A DNA stretch of 62,976 nucleotides, counting the filler, from Craspedostauros australis (taxonomy: Eukaryota): the NCBI GenBank assembly GCA_030167865.1. It is 14 parts of 14 records of this genome, joined end to end, with 100 filler letters (N's around TTAATTAATTAA, not from the genome) between each part and the next. Parts side by side here need not be neighbours in the genome. Positions count along the whole stretch, not along the records: positions 45,184 to 52,742 come from JALAGF010004970.1; positions 52,843 to 56,916 come from JALAGF010004972.1; positions 57,017 to 62,976 come from JALAGF010004975.1; 11 more parts are not named here. One strand, given 5' to 3'. This document shows, piece after piece, positions 48,810 through 61,115 of the stretch. Numbering within the stretch: the first letter of the stretch is position 1; each line of letters opens with the position of its first letter. Position numbers and translations under genes: made by a program. The notes under the pieces are model-generated. The model was not told the DNA's origin, made no database searches, and saw only the letters and a program-made list of their open reading frames with translations.

Positions 48810-50409
48810 CTTCCTGTTCTACTAGCATGTACGTGACTTCCACAGTCAAAGCAGCTGCAGTTGCTCTTCAGTCTCTTCCGTCTCCTCTGTCTCCGCCACG
48901 TTTCGTCTTGCCCTCTCCGTCCACTGTCTGCGCTGCTCGTACTGCGTACATGCAATAGATCGTATTTGTGGCATGTCACAACTACCATCGTAATTGGGGC
49001 TCGCCATCACTCGAAGCTCTCGCCCTTGTGGCCGATCAATGCGGGTGTCGCCAAGGAACCATTTGCGCCACCATCAAGCGGTTCTCCACACATAACACAC
49101 AACCTGCACTACCGACCACCATAACCAACGCATCCTACAAGAATGGATAGTTCGTGACTCAGTGTGCTTCCAAGTCACATGAGTCGAACGTTTGACAAAT
49201 TTATGCCTGAGGGATGGACAGACGGAAAATAGTGTGTCCATGTTAGTAGTCCACGACTGAACGCATGACATAGTATGTCCCAATCACGCATTCAAAATAT
49301 GACATTTCATTTGGCCTACCGAGGCCATTCTAGTTGTACGTATTGTTGGTACAAAAGGGACACCCTTATGAGAGTCCAGACGATCAGAACAGGTCTTTAC
49401 GGATCTATGGACATGCTGGTACCACACACTATTCCTGTGGTGCTTGAAGGTGAATCTAATTTCTCCACACGTCGACAGCACATGACTTCGCAGTCTCCCT
49501 CGTGTTGGAATGACCCACTGCAGTTTGCGCATGTGGAGACGTTTGGTAATGTGATTTGCCTCACTTGAGCACTGTGCTATGTCACAATACTACACTGCAC
49601 TGCACTGCACTGCCCTGTACTCTGCAACACAAGACTATCAGGAAGAGTGCATCCGAGATCATTCACCGTCCTTGTTGAGCTCGGTTGGTTGTGCCCTGGC
49701 GCCAGTAACCATCAGAGAGAGTCCTCGTCTTGTCAAGTCGTTGACAGAACAAAGCACCTGTCGCCTCCGAACCTGCGCACGTGGAAATCACACATTTTGT
49801 GATCATTGGTTTGGTTCGCGGACATCGCCGCGCGAACACACATAAAAGGAGGACGAGGCACACTTAGGTCCATCGCAGGGACATTTAACGTCAAATGACA
49901 AAATTGTGCAGGACAATCGGCATGCGGCGCCGCAAGCACGCACTTCTCGCACGTGGAAATCCATGTGAATTATGTGTGCACGATATGTCGATATCATCAC
50001 AACTGAATACTGTACTATTAAATTAAAAACTTGTGGCACTCCCGCCGCTATTTAAAATTGATAACACGAGCCAAATTTTCGGCGTCACACAAACATCATG
50101 ACGGACGCCATCGGCCAACATCACCAAAAGCAATCTCTGCCATCTCCTCGGCGGTCGAGACCAGCCAAAGACTGCTGAGGATACGAACGACCGACTATAC
50201 TTCTCATGGTACTCCATCCGGTCGAACCTTGTCGTTTGCTTCTTCATCATCATCAGCGGCGGCGGTAGCGACAGCAGCGAAGAAGACGAGGACAATCACA
50301 GAAGAAGAAAGGTGTTCGGAGGACGGATCAACAGCTCTCACACATCCCTGCATAGCCGCAGAACAGGAGACGGCAGTCAGCAACGAACAACGAACAACAA
50401 GCAGAGTCA

Positions 50410-52742
50410 ATGCATCGCAGGTCGCCGGCTTCGTTGCGCAATGGCACGGGGTCACCATCGTCGCCGCCGCTGAGACACGGCGCACGCTCGAATCCACACT
50501 CCCATCTGAGTCCGCAGTACCAATACCAGAGCCTGTCTGGGACATCGCCACCACACATCAAGGACAATGGACAGCCCAAACGGCTCGACTTCGAGACGTC
50601 GGATCCAACTTCGCCTTCGACCGTCTCAACCGCGTCGGCATCTGCACTGGCGCAGGCGTGCCACTACAGCTCATCGTGCTCGTGCGAGTATTCGTGTTCA
50701 TCCTCGGGAACGTCTTCTTCATCTCCGTCATCACCGTCATCATCATCATCATCATCAGCAGCTTCGACCGAAGCATCAACGACAATGAGGTTGCCGTTGA
50801 CACCGAGAGACAAGCCACAAAGCGCGGATCCAAGGAGGAGTGTTGGTGGCAGAGAGATGGATCGACAGAAGCATCGGCATGGTGGCTGGTTGCTGTCCTG
50901 TTTCGGCACCCAAACGAAGCTGGCAAGGCATCAAGGTCATCAAAGTCATCAAGGGCGTCAGCCTCATCGATCACGGAGATACAAATCGTCATCCATCATC
51001 ACTTTCATCGTCGCAGCAACCCTGATCGCCTGGATGGGGAGCGTTTCTTTCGTCTGCGTGTACTTGCAAAGAACTGCATTGCATCCACAAGCCACCTTCG
51101 GCGGTCACAAGCAACTGCAGAAGTCTGAAGGGGCCAGAAGTGCCGAGAGCATCATCTCCAAACCGCACAGCACAGGACAGTCTCACTTGAGATCCAGCTT
51201 CCTTCGCACCCACTATCGACACCCGCTGGAAGACTCCACCGCCATCAATCAAGCTCTCCACGAGGCTTCGGCTTTGAATGTTGCCTCAATCTCGACTCCG
51301 ACAGCTCAGCCTGATTCTGATTATCCAAAGGGAACAGCCAACGCCATCAACACCGTCAACACTGTCAACGCCGCCTCTGCTACACGAGCATCTGCAACAA
51401 CCACAGGATCAATGCCAGCTTCAGCAATGTCAGCCTCACCGACACAGCCGCACAACGGAATCGTCCACATCATCCACACACGCTTCATGCAGAACCAACC
51501 AAACCTACTTGATCTGGGATATGCTCGGCTGGAGTTGCTCCGAGTCTTCTTCCTCAAGACCATGCTCTTGCAGACATCCAACAACTTCCTCCTCGTCATC
51601 CGTACAGATCCCAACCTCCATCCCTCGTTGCGTGACAAGCTGTTGGACTTGATCCAATCCTTCGAACGTCAACAACTTGCTAGTGCAAGTGCAGCACACC
51701 AAGGTGCAGCGCAACAAGATCCAGCACATCGCTCAGCCCCTATAGTGTTGCTCATCGCCAGCAACGACATTCCATCAAGCCAATACTCGAGCATCCTTAC
51801 TCCATTGTCCGGTGATGCTGCCATTTGGCACGGAGACATGGAGCGTGCGCAGAACTATCTTCTCTCCGTCATCAATCCAACTGCTGCAACTGTAACTGCA
51901 ACTGGCTCTCCTGCAACAAATCGGTACATGCATGATACTCCTGATGATCACAACAGCACCAGCAATGGCACCAAGAACAGTGACAGCGAGAACAGTGGCA
52001 ACAACAGTGACAACGCCAACAGTAGTAGTACTGAAACCGGTATGCATCCGTCGATTGTGTTGGAAACGCGGCTCGATGCTGATGATGGTCTGCACAAGCA
52101 GTTCGTGGAGCACATCCAGAATGTGGCCCGTTCCGATCTTGCGCACGTCGTCACGAAATCAATACGGTGGGAATCACTGCCGTGGCGCATCTGGTGTCCT
52201 GGGAGGCACATGGAATGGCAGTACCAATCATTGATCGATGCTAACGGCAGTGGCGATGGCGATGGCGACGGCAATGCCAATGGCGATGATAAGGATACTG
52301 ATAAGGATACTGACAAGGATACTGACATCCATTCCGAAGCATCGATGGGAAGCCTGTTTCTGCTTCGTGTGAAGGAGTGTGTCACGGCAGGGCTGACCAT
52401 TGGGTTCGTCCTTCCCACCACCACATCACCACCTCCACTACCATCGTCATCGTCGTCACTATCATCATCACTTCCTGCTCCAATCAACTCGCAATCAGAT
52501 CAACAGCACGGCCAAGAGCAACAGCTCGTCCCCATCCAACAACTCCAGACCATACAGCTACCTCATCATCGGCACACGTCACTCCGCAAGGACGTCAAGT
52601 CATGCAACGAAGACAAGAACAGAACCATCCATTGCGTTTCGACGCTGGAGTTGATTCCCACAGCATTGCGTGCACGGACGCCAACATCAGCAGGGATGAG
52701 GAATGTCCTGCATTCACCCAAACATCGAAATCATCCGTCAAC
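50410..52742 (+). CDS. Type II membrane GT-A-like protein (putative rhamnosyltransferase-like family), 5' part
   Basis: TM at ~50995-51060; IIHTRFMQ..RLELLRVF..QTSNNF and ETRLDADDGL (DxD) motifs. Confidence 0.8.
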
Positions 52743-53217
52743 NNNNNNNNNNNNNNNNNNNNNNNNNNNNNNNNNNNNNNNNNNNNTTAATTAATTAANN
52801 NNNNNNNNNNNNNNNNNNNNNNNNNNNNNNNNNNNNNNNNNNCTGGATGTCAAGAACCGAGTTGACGTCAATGTGTTCTCATGTGTCGACATTGAAGTTT
52901 GGCTTGGGCAAAAAGAAGAGGACACCGAAGCCATTTCGGCACCTGTAAAAGCCACCGAGCAAGATGACGCCGCGATGGTCCGCCACTTCTCGAAGGAACC
53001 GATCTGTGGAGGAACCGCAGGCCGCGACTTTCGCATCAAAAGCGAAGCAGACGCAACACCACCATTCACCATCTGTTGTTGTCGCACAACACAAGGCAAT
53101 ACTTCTGCTCTGCGAGTGCTACCTATAAAATGCTATACATACTGCAAAAGGTTCCATTCCATGACATGCACCATTATTTTATAGAATAGAATATAATAAT
53201 ACATGCATTAGTTGACG

Positions 53218-55792
53218 ATGCCGTCACCAGCGCTGAAATCGTCGCGAAGCGCAAGCTTCGTGCACAACCTCGAGACGGCCATAATGGAGCTGACGCAGGA
53301 CGATGGCGACGAAACCCTGCATTCCGCCCATGCTCAGACCGTTGCCGGCCGCGATGGACTTGCCACCATCAGCGATGCACCGACGCATGACAGCGACAAT
53401 GACAGCACGTCCCGTCTGGATTCGCGAGATGTCGGCGAGGCCGACGTAATGGCAGCCGCGCTGTCCGCATCCCTGTCGGCCATGGAGGTCGATCTCGAGG
53501 ATGGCGTGGGACTGGAAGCACCGGCAGAAATCGTTCGGCAGCAAACGGAGTTGCTGGAAGCCATCGAGGCGCGGCCGAGACACGACGGCAGCTCGGTCGC
53601 TGGCCAAGCTCTGCGACGGAAGTCCACGGATAGTCTCATCGACATTCATGATCAGTGCGAGGATTTGGTCTCCAGCAAGGACAGTGGCGATGAGGAGGCA
53701 ACGTCGCATGCATCTGCGGAGACAAAGCAGGTGTCCGCGAAGAAGAAACGGAAAAAGACTAAGACCAAATCAACATCAACAGCATCGTCAGCATCATCAG
53801 CGTCACATGACGAGACTATTGGCATGAGCAATAATGACAAGAGCAATAATGGCATGAGCAATGTTAAAAGCAAAAGCAAGAGCAAGAATAAAACCAAGGG
53901 CAAAGGCAAAAGTAAGAAGCGAACGGGCAAGAAGGACAAAGGAGCAAAGAAGGAGGAGAAGAGCCGGTCTTCGCCGCAAGCAGCATCCAAGGCTTCGCAG
54001 AAAAATGTATCGGAAATGGAAACCCTGGTCTCTCATTTGGACAACATGGATCATTCTGGCCATGCACCCAGTGGCAAAGACAAAGACAAAGACACCAGCT
54101 TCAAACTGCAGTGCGCCGCGAACAGCGTGCGCAAGGGCTCGCCACGGCCAAGACACACGATCGCCGAGGTCTCAGCTTCCGCGCGACGTAAGAAGGAGCA
54201 GCAGAAGCCAAGAAGGGCCAAGTCGCAACGTCAAGCTCGACCTAGGCAAAGCTCCGATGCCTCCACGGATCCTCTCCAACCGCCTTCGCAGGACAGCGTG
54301 CAGAATGCGGTCGCACCCCGAGGCGCGCCGTCGCAGGTGGGGGCATTCCGGTTAGGACCGCGGACGTCGCATGCCGAAGACGACAACAGCCAGCTTGACA
54401 AGGAGTTCGACAATCTCATCGACGACGACGAAGATACCATCTTGCCGCAGCAAATTTTTTCGGATTCCATTGTTCAACAACCAACTCTCATGTTGGATGC
54501 GGTTTCCACAAACGACTTGGTGCAAGCGATTCGGGACGAGATTCTGGGCGCGGCAATCGTGCCAGTTGCGGTGCCCGCTTCTCAGGACTCTTCCGCGAGG
54601 CATGGCACTGCCCCCACAGACGATGCCCAAGTGGCAAATTCTGATGACGACGATGATATTGAGAATGTCCGCATCCGAAGTAACAAGATGGAACAATCAA
54701 CCAATCGTGGGCGAGAGAGCGCGATCTTGAGTGACAATGCGTGGTTCAAGAGAGTCATCATGATAATCCTGGCCATCGTTGTGCTCATGATTGTTGGTGT
54801 TGTCGTGGCGCTTATCGCCATCTTCGCTGATGGCGGTGGCAGTGGTAGTAGTGGTGGCACCAACAATCCCAATGGTCCCCAAAGGACCGCTGTGCCGAAA
54901 GAAGTATCTCCAACAGCAGCACCAACATCATTCGCCGAGACTTATCTGACTGCTGAGCAGCAAGCGCTGCTTGATTCTCTGCGCAGTGCCGTGGATCCGC
55001 CGATGGATTCCATTTTGACGATCGATTCACCGCAGTTCCGGGCCTTGGACTACCTCTGCCCAGCTCCGTCTCCACCATCCGCAACCGCCAACTCGGACGT
55101 ACCCTTCTGCACGAACCACACGACGAACCCATCCGTCGTCAGCCAGGCCTACGCGCTGTTGACGTTCTACTTCGGGGCCGTCAACGCCACACAACCGACC
55201 TCCTTGCTGTCCGATCCCATCTGTACATGGCCGGGCGTCGCGTCATGCTCCGAATCGCACGANCCCACCGTCACCGCTTTTGATTATTCCAATTCCAATC
55301 TGATTGGCACCATCCCCGACGAGATGATATTTCTGGAACACCTTGAGGTATTCAATGTATCTTCGAATCGCCTCAGCGGGACCCTGCCTGGCCGCTTCGG
55401 TAGTGATTGGGTCAATATGAGTAAGTCCCATGCGGTAGGAGGACAATCCGCACTCGACTCTGCTCTATTCAAACCACGATGCATTGACTCACTCACAATG
55501 CCATGCCATGCCATCCGTTTTCTCAACTTCCACCGCAGCCATCTTTGATGTGTCGGACAACGATCTCACGGGCGCTGTTCCGACAGAGTTCAGTGATTGG
55601 GCCCATGTCGATGCCATTCACTTGCACAACAACGCGTTGACGGGTCGCGTCCCGCCCTTCTTGTGCCTGAACCGCGATATCCGTGGATTCTATATGAGCT
55701 CGGATTGTGCATTCGATGGCGGAACTATTTCGTGTCCATGTTGCAGTGTCTGTTGCGGGACCAATGTGGGGTGCGCCCCGCATCTAGTGTAG
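53218..55792 (+). CDS. Single-pass membrane LRR protein, 2 exons (53218-55420, 55539-55792)
   Basis: Disordered N-terminus, TM ~54750-54825, CTWPGVASC cap, LxGxIP LRRs, terminal CPCCSVC; GTAAGT(55421)..CAG(55538) intron restores the frame. Confidence 0.88.
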
Positions 55793-56094
55793 AGTACCGT
55801 ACAATGTACTAGATAAGTGGCGCACTTGGCAAGTATTCTGCATATTAATAGTATACTGCATGGCAACAACCCATCGTCCTCCACCACAAGTGAATGAACA
55901 GCAGAGGAAACAACTTGCGCGATGGCCTGGCGACAGTTCATCGCCACAGCAAACATAAACGTGGGGAAGGGCGTCCACAAAAAATGAAGTGTCTACATTA
56001 ATGTTTCTTCCATCCTGGCAACGAGGAGGATGGAAAAGTGCAAGGGTAGTATCATACCATACGATACCTCTATAGCGCCGTTGATGATGCCCAG

Positions 56095-56916
56095 CTACGT
56101 GCACGCAAGGCAAGTGCTGCCACTGGGGATGTTGAGAGTGGCCGTCAATGGGTAGCACACATTTTGCGAAGGACCATCCGGAGGGGGAACTGGCATCCCA
56201 GGTTCGTCGAAGTGGCACTGGTTGCAAGCCTCGCCTGGTGTTGTCGGGATTTGAGTGCACACGCCGTCGCCAAGGGTGATGTCGGCGTTGAAGTAGAATC
56301 CGTATCCCATGAATTGGCACGAGTACAGTGCGGTGCAGGCCAACGCTCCGATTCTGGTGTTGCCCTCGAACTGGTTGTAGTAAGTTTCATCGATAATATT
56401 ACCCACCAGGTCGTACTCCGTGTAGGTGTAGTGCGAATTGACGTAGGAGCACGAACCGTTGTTTGCGCAGGAGCCCCTGCCGATGTTGACAAACGAATTT
56501 CGCTTGTTGTCCGTGCCCATGTTGCCTCTCGTCGGGGTGGAAGTGAGGTACTCGGCAGTTCCGGCTCCCAGTGCCGCGCACGAATTCGTTCCGAGGCAAG
56601 AAAATGGTTGGACGATGCTGTATCCGTTGGCCTGTGCTCCGAGGGAGTAGCACGCGGAGCCGCCCAGGCAGGAGAATGGGCCGATGATGCCAGTCCTCTC
56701 ACTACCGGAGTTGAAGTTGAAGTAGGAGCAGGCTTTGTCCTGGCCGGGGTTTTGGCAGCTCGACTGGAACACGATCGTTTGCGGTTCGAGGTTGTCGCAG
56801 GAGTTCATTCCGATGCAGCTATTGGCGCTGATGCTGGCGACGCCGACCCAGCTGCAGTCGGCGGCACCTCCGGGGCAGCAGGTGTTGCCAGACTGTTGGC
56901 AAAAAGCGATGGCATC
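56095..56916 (-). CDS. Cys-rich (S/A)CxGxx(A/S)C repeat domain protein, C-terminal part
   Basis: SCIGMNSC, SCLGGSAC, SCLGTNSC, SCANNGSC; same domain type as 17597-20156. Confidence 0.8.
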   Translation of the reverse strand, partial: DAIAFCQQSGNTCCPGGAADCSWVGVASISANSCIGMNSCDNLEPQTIVFQSSCQNPGQDKACSYFNFNSGSERTGIIGPFSCLGGSACYSLGAQANGYSIVQPFSCLGTNSCAALGAGTAEYLTSTPTRGNMGTDNKRNSFVNIGRGSCANNGSCSYVNSHYTYTEYDLVGNIIDETYYNQFEGNTRIGALACTALYSCQFMGYGFYFNADITLGDGVCTQIPTTPGEACNQCHFDEPGMPVPPPDGPSQNVCYPLTATLNIPSGSTCLACT

Positions 56917-57016
56917 NNNNNNNNNNNNNNNNNNNNNNNNNNNNNNNNNNNNNNNNNNNNTTAATTAATTAANNNNNNNNNNNNNNNNNNNNNNNNNNNN
57001 NNNNNNNNNNNNNNNN

Positions 57017-57402
57017 GTTGTTCACTCACTCCTCTCACATGCTCACCGACAATCACACTTGCTCAGAACATGGAGTTCTGGCACGATCGGTCCAGTCCTT
57101 CGATGTTGTTCCAGTCCGCGCTTTGTTCTCCTTCGCTGGTTCTCTGTCGGTTACGTAATCATGTTCTGGGTTCCGAGCGATTCAATCCGTGATTGCGTTC
57201 TTGCATAGATGTTTCAGGTTAACNNNNNNNNNNNNNNNNNNNNNNNNNNNNNNNNNNNNNNNNNNNNNNNNNNNNNNNNNNNNNNNNNNNNNNNNNNNNN
57301 NNNNNNNNNNNNNNNNNNNAGATCGGTGAGTCTAATTTTGGTATTATGGGAGGTGCGGCAATCTAGGATAATACGGCATAGTCGTACCCTCGATTCCTGA
57401 CA
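57017..57402 (-). mobile_element. Partial family-C LTR
   Basis: Matches ~21787-22259 and ends ATTCCTGACA. Confidence 0.9.
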
Positions 57403-57743
57403 GGCACTGTTCAGCGAGGCTCAAATTGTGAGGCTGGCGACATCACATCCGTTTTTCATATCACACTCGCTGAAAATGCCGTTGTATTCCGCCTTCAGTG
57501 ATTCTTTGCTTTCCTCTTCCAAGGGCGTCATCTCCTCTCGTCTCTTCTCGTGTCCTTTCTGTCTTCATCAGGTGCTTCCTTCAAGCGTACATGGGTGTAG
57601 CAACATCATCCCTTTTGATGTTCATCTTCAATACGTCTTGGCTTCGTGACATCGTACCTTCCGCAAACTCAAAAAATCATGGAGCTCACAATTTCATCGT
57701 GCTCACAAAAATCATCATACTCAGTTGGATTTTCGTGTAACGC

Positions 57744-58017
57744 TGTGACACGATCCGGAAGGGAAGGCCTAGCCAACTACCAGTTTGGATGAAACTGGGG
57801 ATGCAGTTGGCGAGGGACGACCGTCTGGGAAGATAGTTGTAGTTGACAATGAGTAGATTAGAGTTGTTGTGCTGATCTTGAGTTTTGCTATTTGTTATTT
57901 GATAGTCTGCATTGTGAGTTGATCAGGTTGAGATGTAGGATGAAGAAATGATGCTCAGTTGGATAGTGTGGCTCTGCACTGATCATAAGAACTTCCGTTC
58001 TGAGAACGGACAATCTC

Positions 58018-58056
<39 letters not shown>

Positions 58057-58436
58057 TATCTGTGGTAGTCATTCTATGCTTGAGTACAAAGACTTGACGA
58101 CTTGATTGAGGTTGTAATTGAGAACATAGGTTGTCAAGCGATTGGAATTGCAGTTGGATTCCCTGCTTGTGTTGAAGCAGGGCGGATCTCCTTGTTGTTG
58201 TCATGTGGAGTTGTTAGTTGGCATAGCTGACACTGGAATCGAGATGAGCTGTAACACAAGGGTTCAAGGGAGCATATAGTTCCCGGAGTGCAATGAGTCC
58301 AGTGAATCAAGTGGTTTGAGTCGGCGATGATTCGAGGATGAGAGTGGGAGGTAGGGAGAAAGAAGCACTTTCTATAGTTGTTGGTGGAAGGTTTTCGCCC
58401 CAAAATAGCGCGCCAAAACAATTTCATGGTGTGACA
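57744..58436. mobile_element. Possible LTR-like element containing a (CT)n tract
   Basis: TGTGACAC..GTGTGACA imperfect inverted ends, CT microsatellite ~58014-58054; no TSD seen. Confidence 0.3.
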
Positions 58437-58665
58437 TGGAACACACTAAGTGGAAAGTAGTCTGTTCTTTAGATGAACTTCAACTAATAGTGTGTGTGTG
58501 GATATGTGCTACACTACTTTGCTCTTCTTGGATGTGGGCGACTGGAGTTCGTCGTGGTGGATCTGCCTTTGCGTCTGGGTGTTGGGCCGTTAGTGGCTCG
58601 ATCAAAATCCAAACGAGTGCAAGCGCAAGAGCTCAAGCGATCGGTTCAGGGTCAAGTCCAGGTCT

Positions 58666-61115
58666 TCATAATTCAGAATTAGAATCATTGCCTTCCTCTT
58701 GATGGCAAATCTCACCGTCAGGGCACTTCGATTTTAACATAGGGTAGCATTTGAATTGTACGCAGAAATAACCCGGATAACAGTCACGGTCATTGCAGCA
58801 TTCAAAGCCGTCTGGAACACCCAGCTGCCCTTTAATGTCCTTCAGATCTTGCGCAAAGAGAAGAAAAGGGAACGGAAGAGGTGGAATGGTCGCATTGGCG
58901 GCAAAGTACAGAGTCTGGTCACCCGAGGAAAGATGACGATCGGAGAAAGGAGTCTTCGCCGCTGAATCTGGCACTGTCAAGCTCACTGTCGTTGGGTTTT
59001 CGCTCTCTTTTTCAATCTCCCAAATGCCTGCTGGTGCAAGGGCGAACTTGTGCTGACTCCCGAGTTTGTTTGAGAATAAGCCACTGAAATCGGTCTCCTC
59101 AATCTCAATCTCAAGATGTGTCAGGTGTTGTCCTGCGCAGAGGCGACTGGTGGTGGCAACGAACTTTACGGTCGGGAGTTTGGAGAGGGCGATGTCTCTT
59201 GAATACATGAAGGTATGTTCGCGGTAATAGTGCAGAAGGTTGAAGCCGAAGACATTGAGGTTGATCTCGATGGCCGCAATCGCTCCGATCGCGTAGCCTA
59301 GGTCGACATCGAATTTGGTGAAATGGAAGAGTTCATTGATGGAATGATCATGATGCGACGGCAACAACAGTTCCTTTGGGGTGCTTGCGGCCTCGATAGA
59401 AAGCTTCGGTCCAGCTTCAACGAAAGGAGCTAGCCCGAGGACTCCATAGAGTGCCACATCGGCTCCCAGTCGCAACCCCCCATAAAGGTCCAGCGATGCA
59501 CTGGCACTGATATCGTAGTTGAAGTGCCTCTCTGGGTCTGGGCTCTTTGCGCCTGGGCCCCATCCTTTCCCAAGCACGTAGCTGGCTTGCCAATCAAATT
59601 CGTCTCGCGACGTAGCAGATACCCCAAAGCTTGCTTCAAGATTCGCTTCGGCTTCAAGAACGAGGTCAGTGATGGGAGTGATTTTGATGCTCACCGGAAC
59701 CCCACCCACCACAAATGTGACCCATCTGCCCTTCCATTTGTGCAATGCGATGGTTTTGGAGAAGTCGTAGGATATGGACTCTGTGACTGTGAGCGATGCC
59801 GTTTGTTCGAGGACGACGGAGACTGCGACCGAGGCATCGAAAAAAGGCTTTCCATACCAATGCACCCCCATGCTCACGTGAGACTCCAGCCAAAAGTCAA
59901 ACTCAACGGAGTAGTCGATGTCGATGGGCCCAATGCTCTCGCTCTTCTCGAACTGGAAAGTGAAATGAGCGGCGGACAAGTATTCAATGCGAGATTGCAA
60001 AGTGCCACCGCCGCTGCCGCCGCTACCACCACTGTCTCCCAGATCTTTCGGCACCTTTACGACCGAAGACATGTCGAGCAGATCGTAGATATCCGAAAGG
60101 GTTCCAGTCTTCGCCCTCCAGGCGAGTAGTGCCTTGCTGACTACTCCGACCGGGTTTTCAAACTCCTCGGGCGAGATTAGGTTGACGATGTAAGGCTCGC
60201 CCTCCCTATCGTTGCCTGTGATCCAGTCCCCCTCCTTGAAAGATCCACTTTGGCTTTCTGGAAAGTGAATGAAGACCTCGTCACCCTCCTTCGTACTCCA
60301 CACATGGTCCGTATCTTCGTCCAAGTAGATCACGTTCTTGCGTTGGTTCAACACAGGGTCGACTGTCGAGATCTGCACTGGGCGGAATTCTCGGTTTGAA
60401 GACACCCAGTCATCGCCAACTTTAGCAACGACGAGCAGACTGTGATGGACTCCAACCTTGAGGTTTTCGACGGCGTGGAAGAGTTCAGTAGTTTCGTGGT
60501 TGTACACTGACTCATCCGCACGAAGATCTTCAAGCGAGGCATCTGCGAAGTTCATGGCACCCTCCACGACGAAAATTTCGTGCACGACGACACAGTCTTC
60601 GCCATTGAAGTCGTCAGCGGCGTCATCAAACTCAGCAGCGGGCCACACTACCTCGACCGCTCCTTTGCGTGCCGAGATCGCCGCAGTTAAGCCTGGAAAG
60701 ATGAGCTTAGCTTGTTCTTTGTTGCATTGCTTGGGAGTATACTCACTCTGTCGTAGTTTACATAATTGCAGTATGCGATTGCATTGCACAAGTATCGTTG
60801 GAGACGAAGGAAGGTGATAGATTGACTCATTTTGTGTGTGTGAGTAGGGTTGTAAACACGGTGCCCAAGTCAAACCGGTCCCTCCTCAAAGATCGATGAA
60901 TGGAGGAGGCATAGCAATACCAACCAGCTGAAAATCGGAGCCACCATACCTCAGCCTCGTTGTCCGACACTGTGCGGCCAATGTGACAATGAACTTACCG
61001 GCTGTCCTGGATTGGTGTTGGCGGCTTGGGCGCCCATGCTGCCGCTCGCAAGCACGAGGCAGGCGAGCGATACAAGGCCGATGAGGCGACCGCTGTTGGT
61101 CGAAGGCAAGGTCAT
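58666..61115 (-). CDS. Secreted beta-rich protein with Cys-rich C-terminus; 5' exon structure unresolved
   Basis: Main exon ~60692-58666 after a ttccag acceptor; candidate signal-peptide exon 61115-60999 ending at a GTAAGT donor. Confidence 0.65.
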
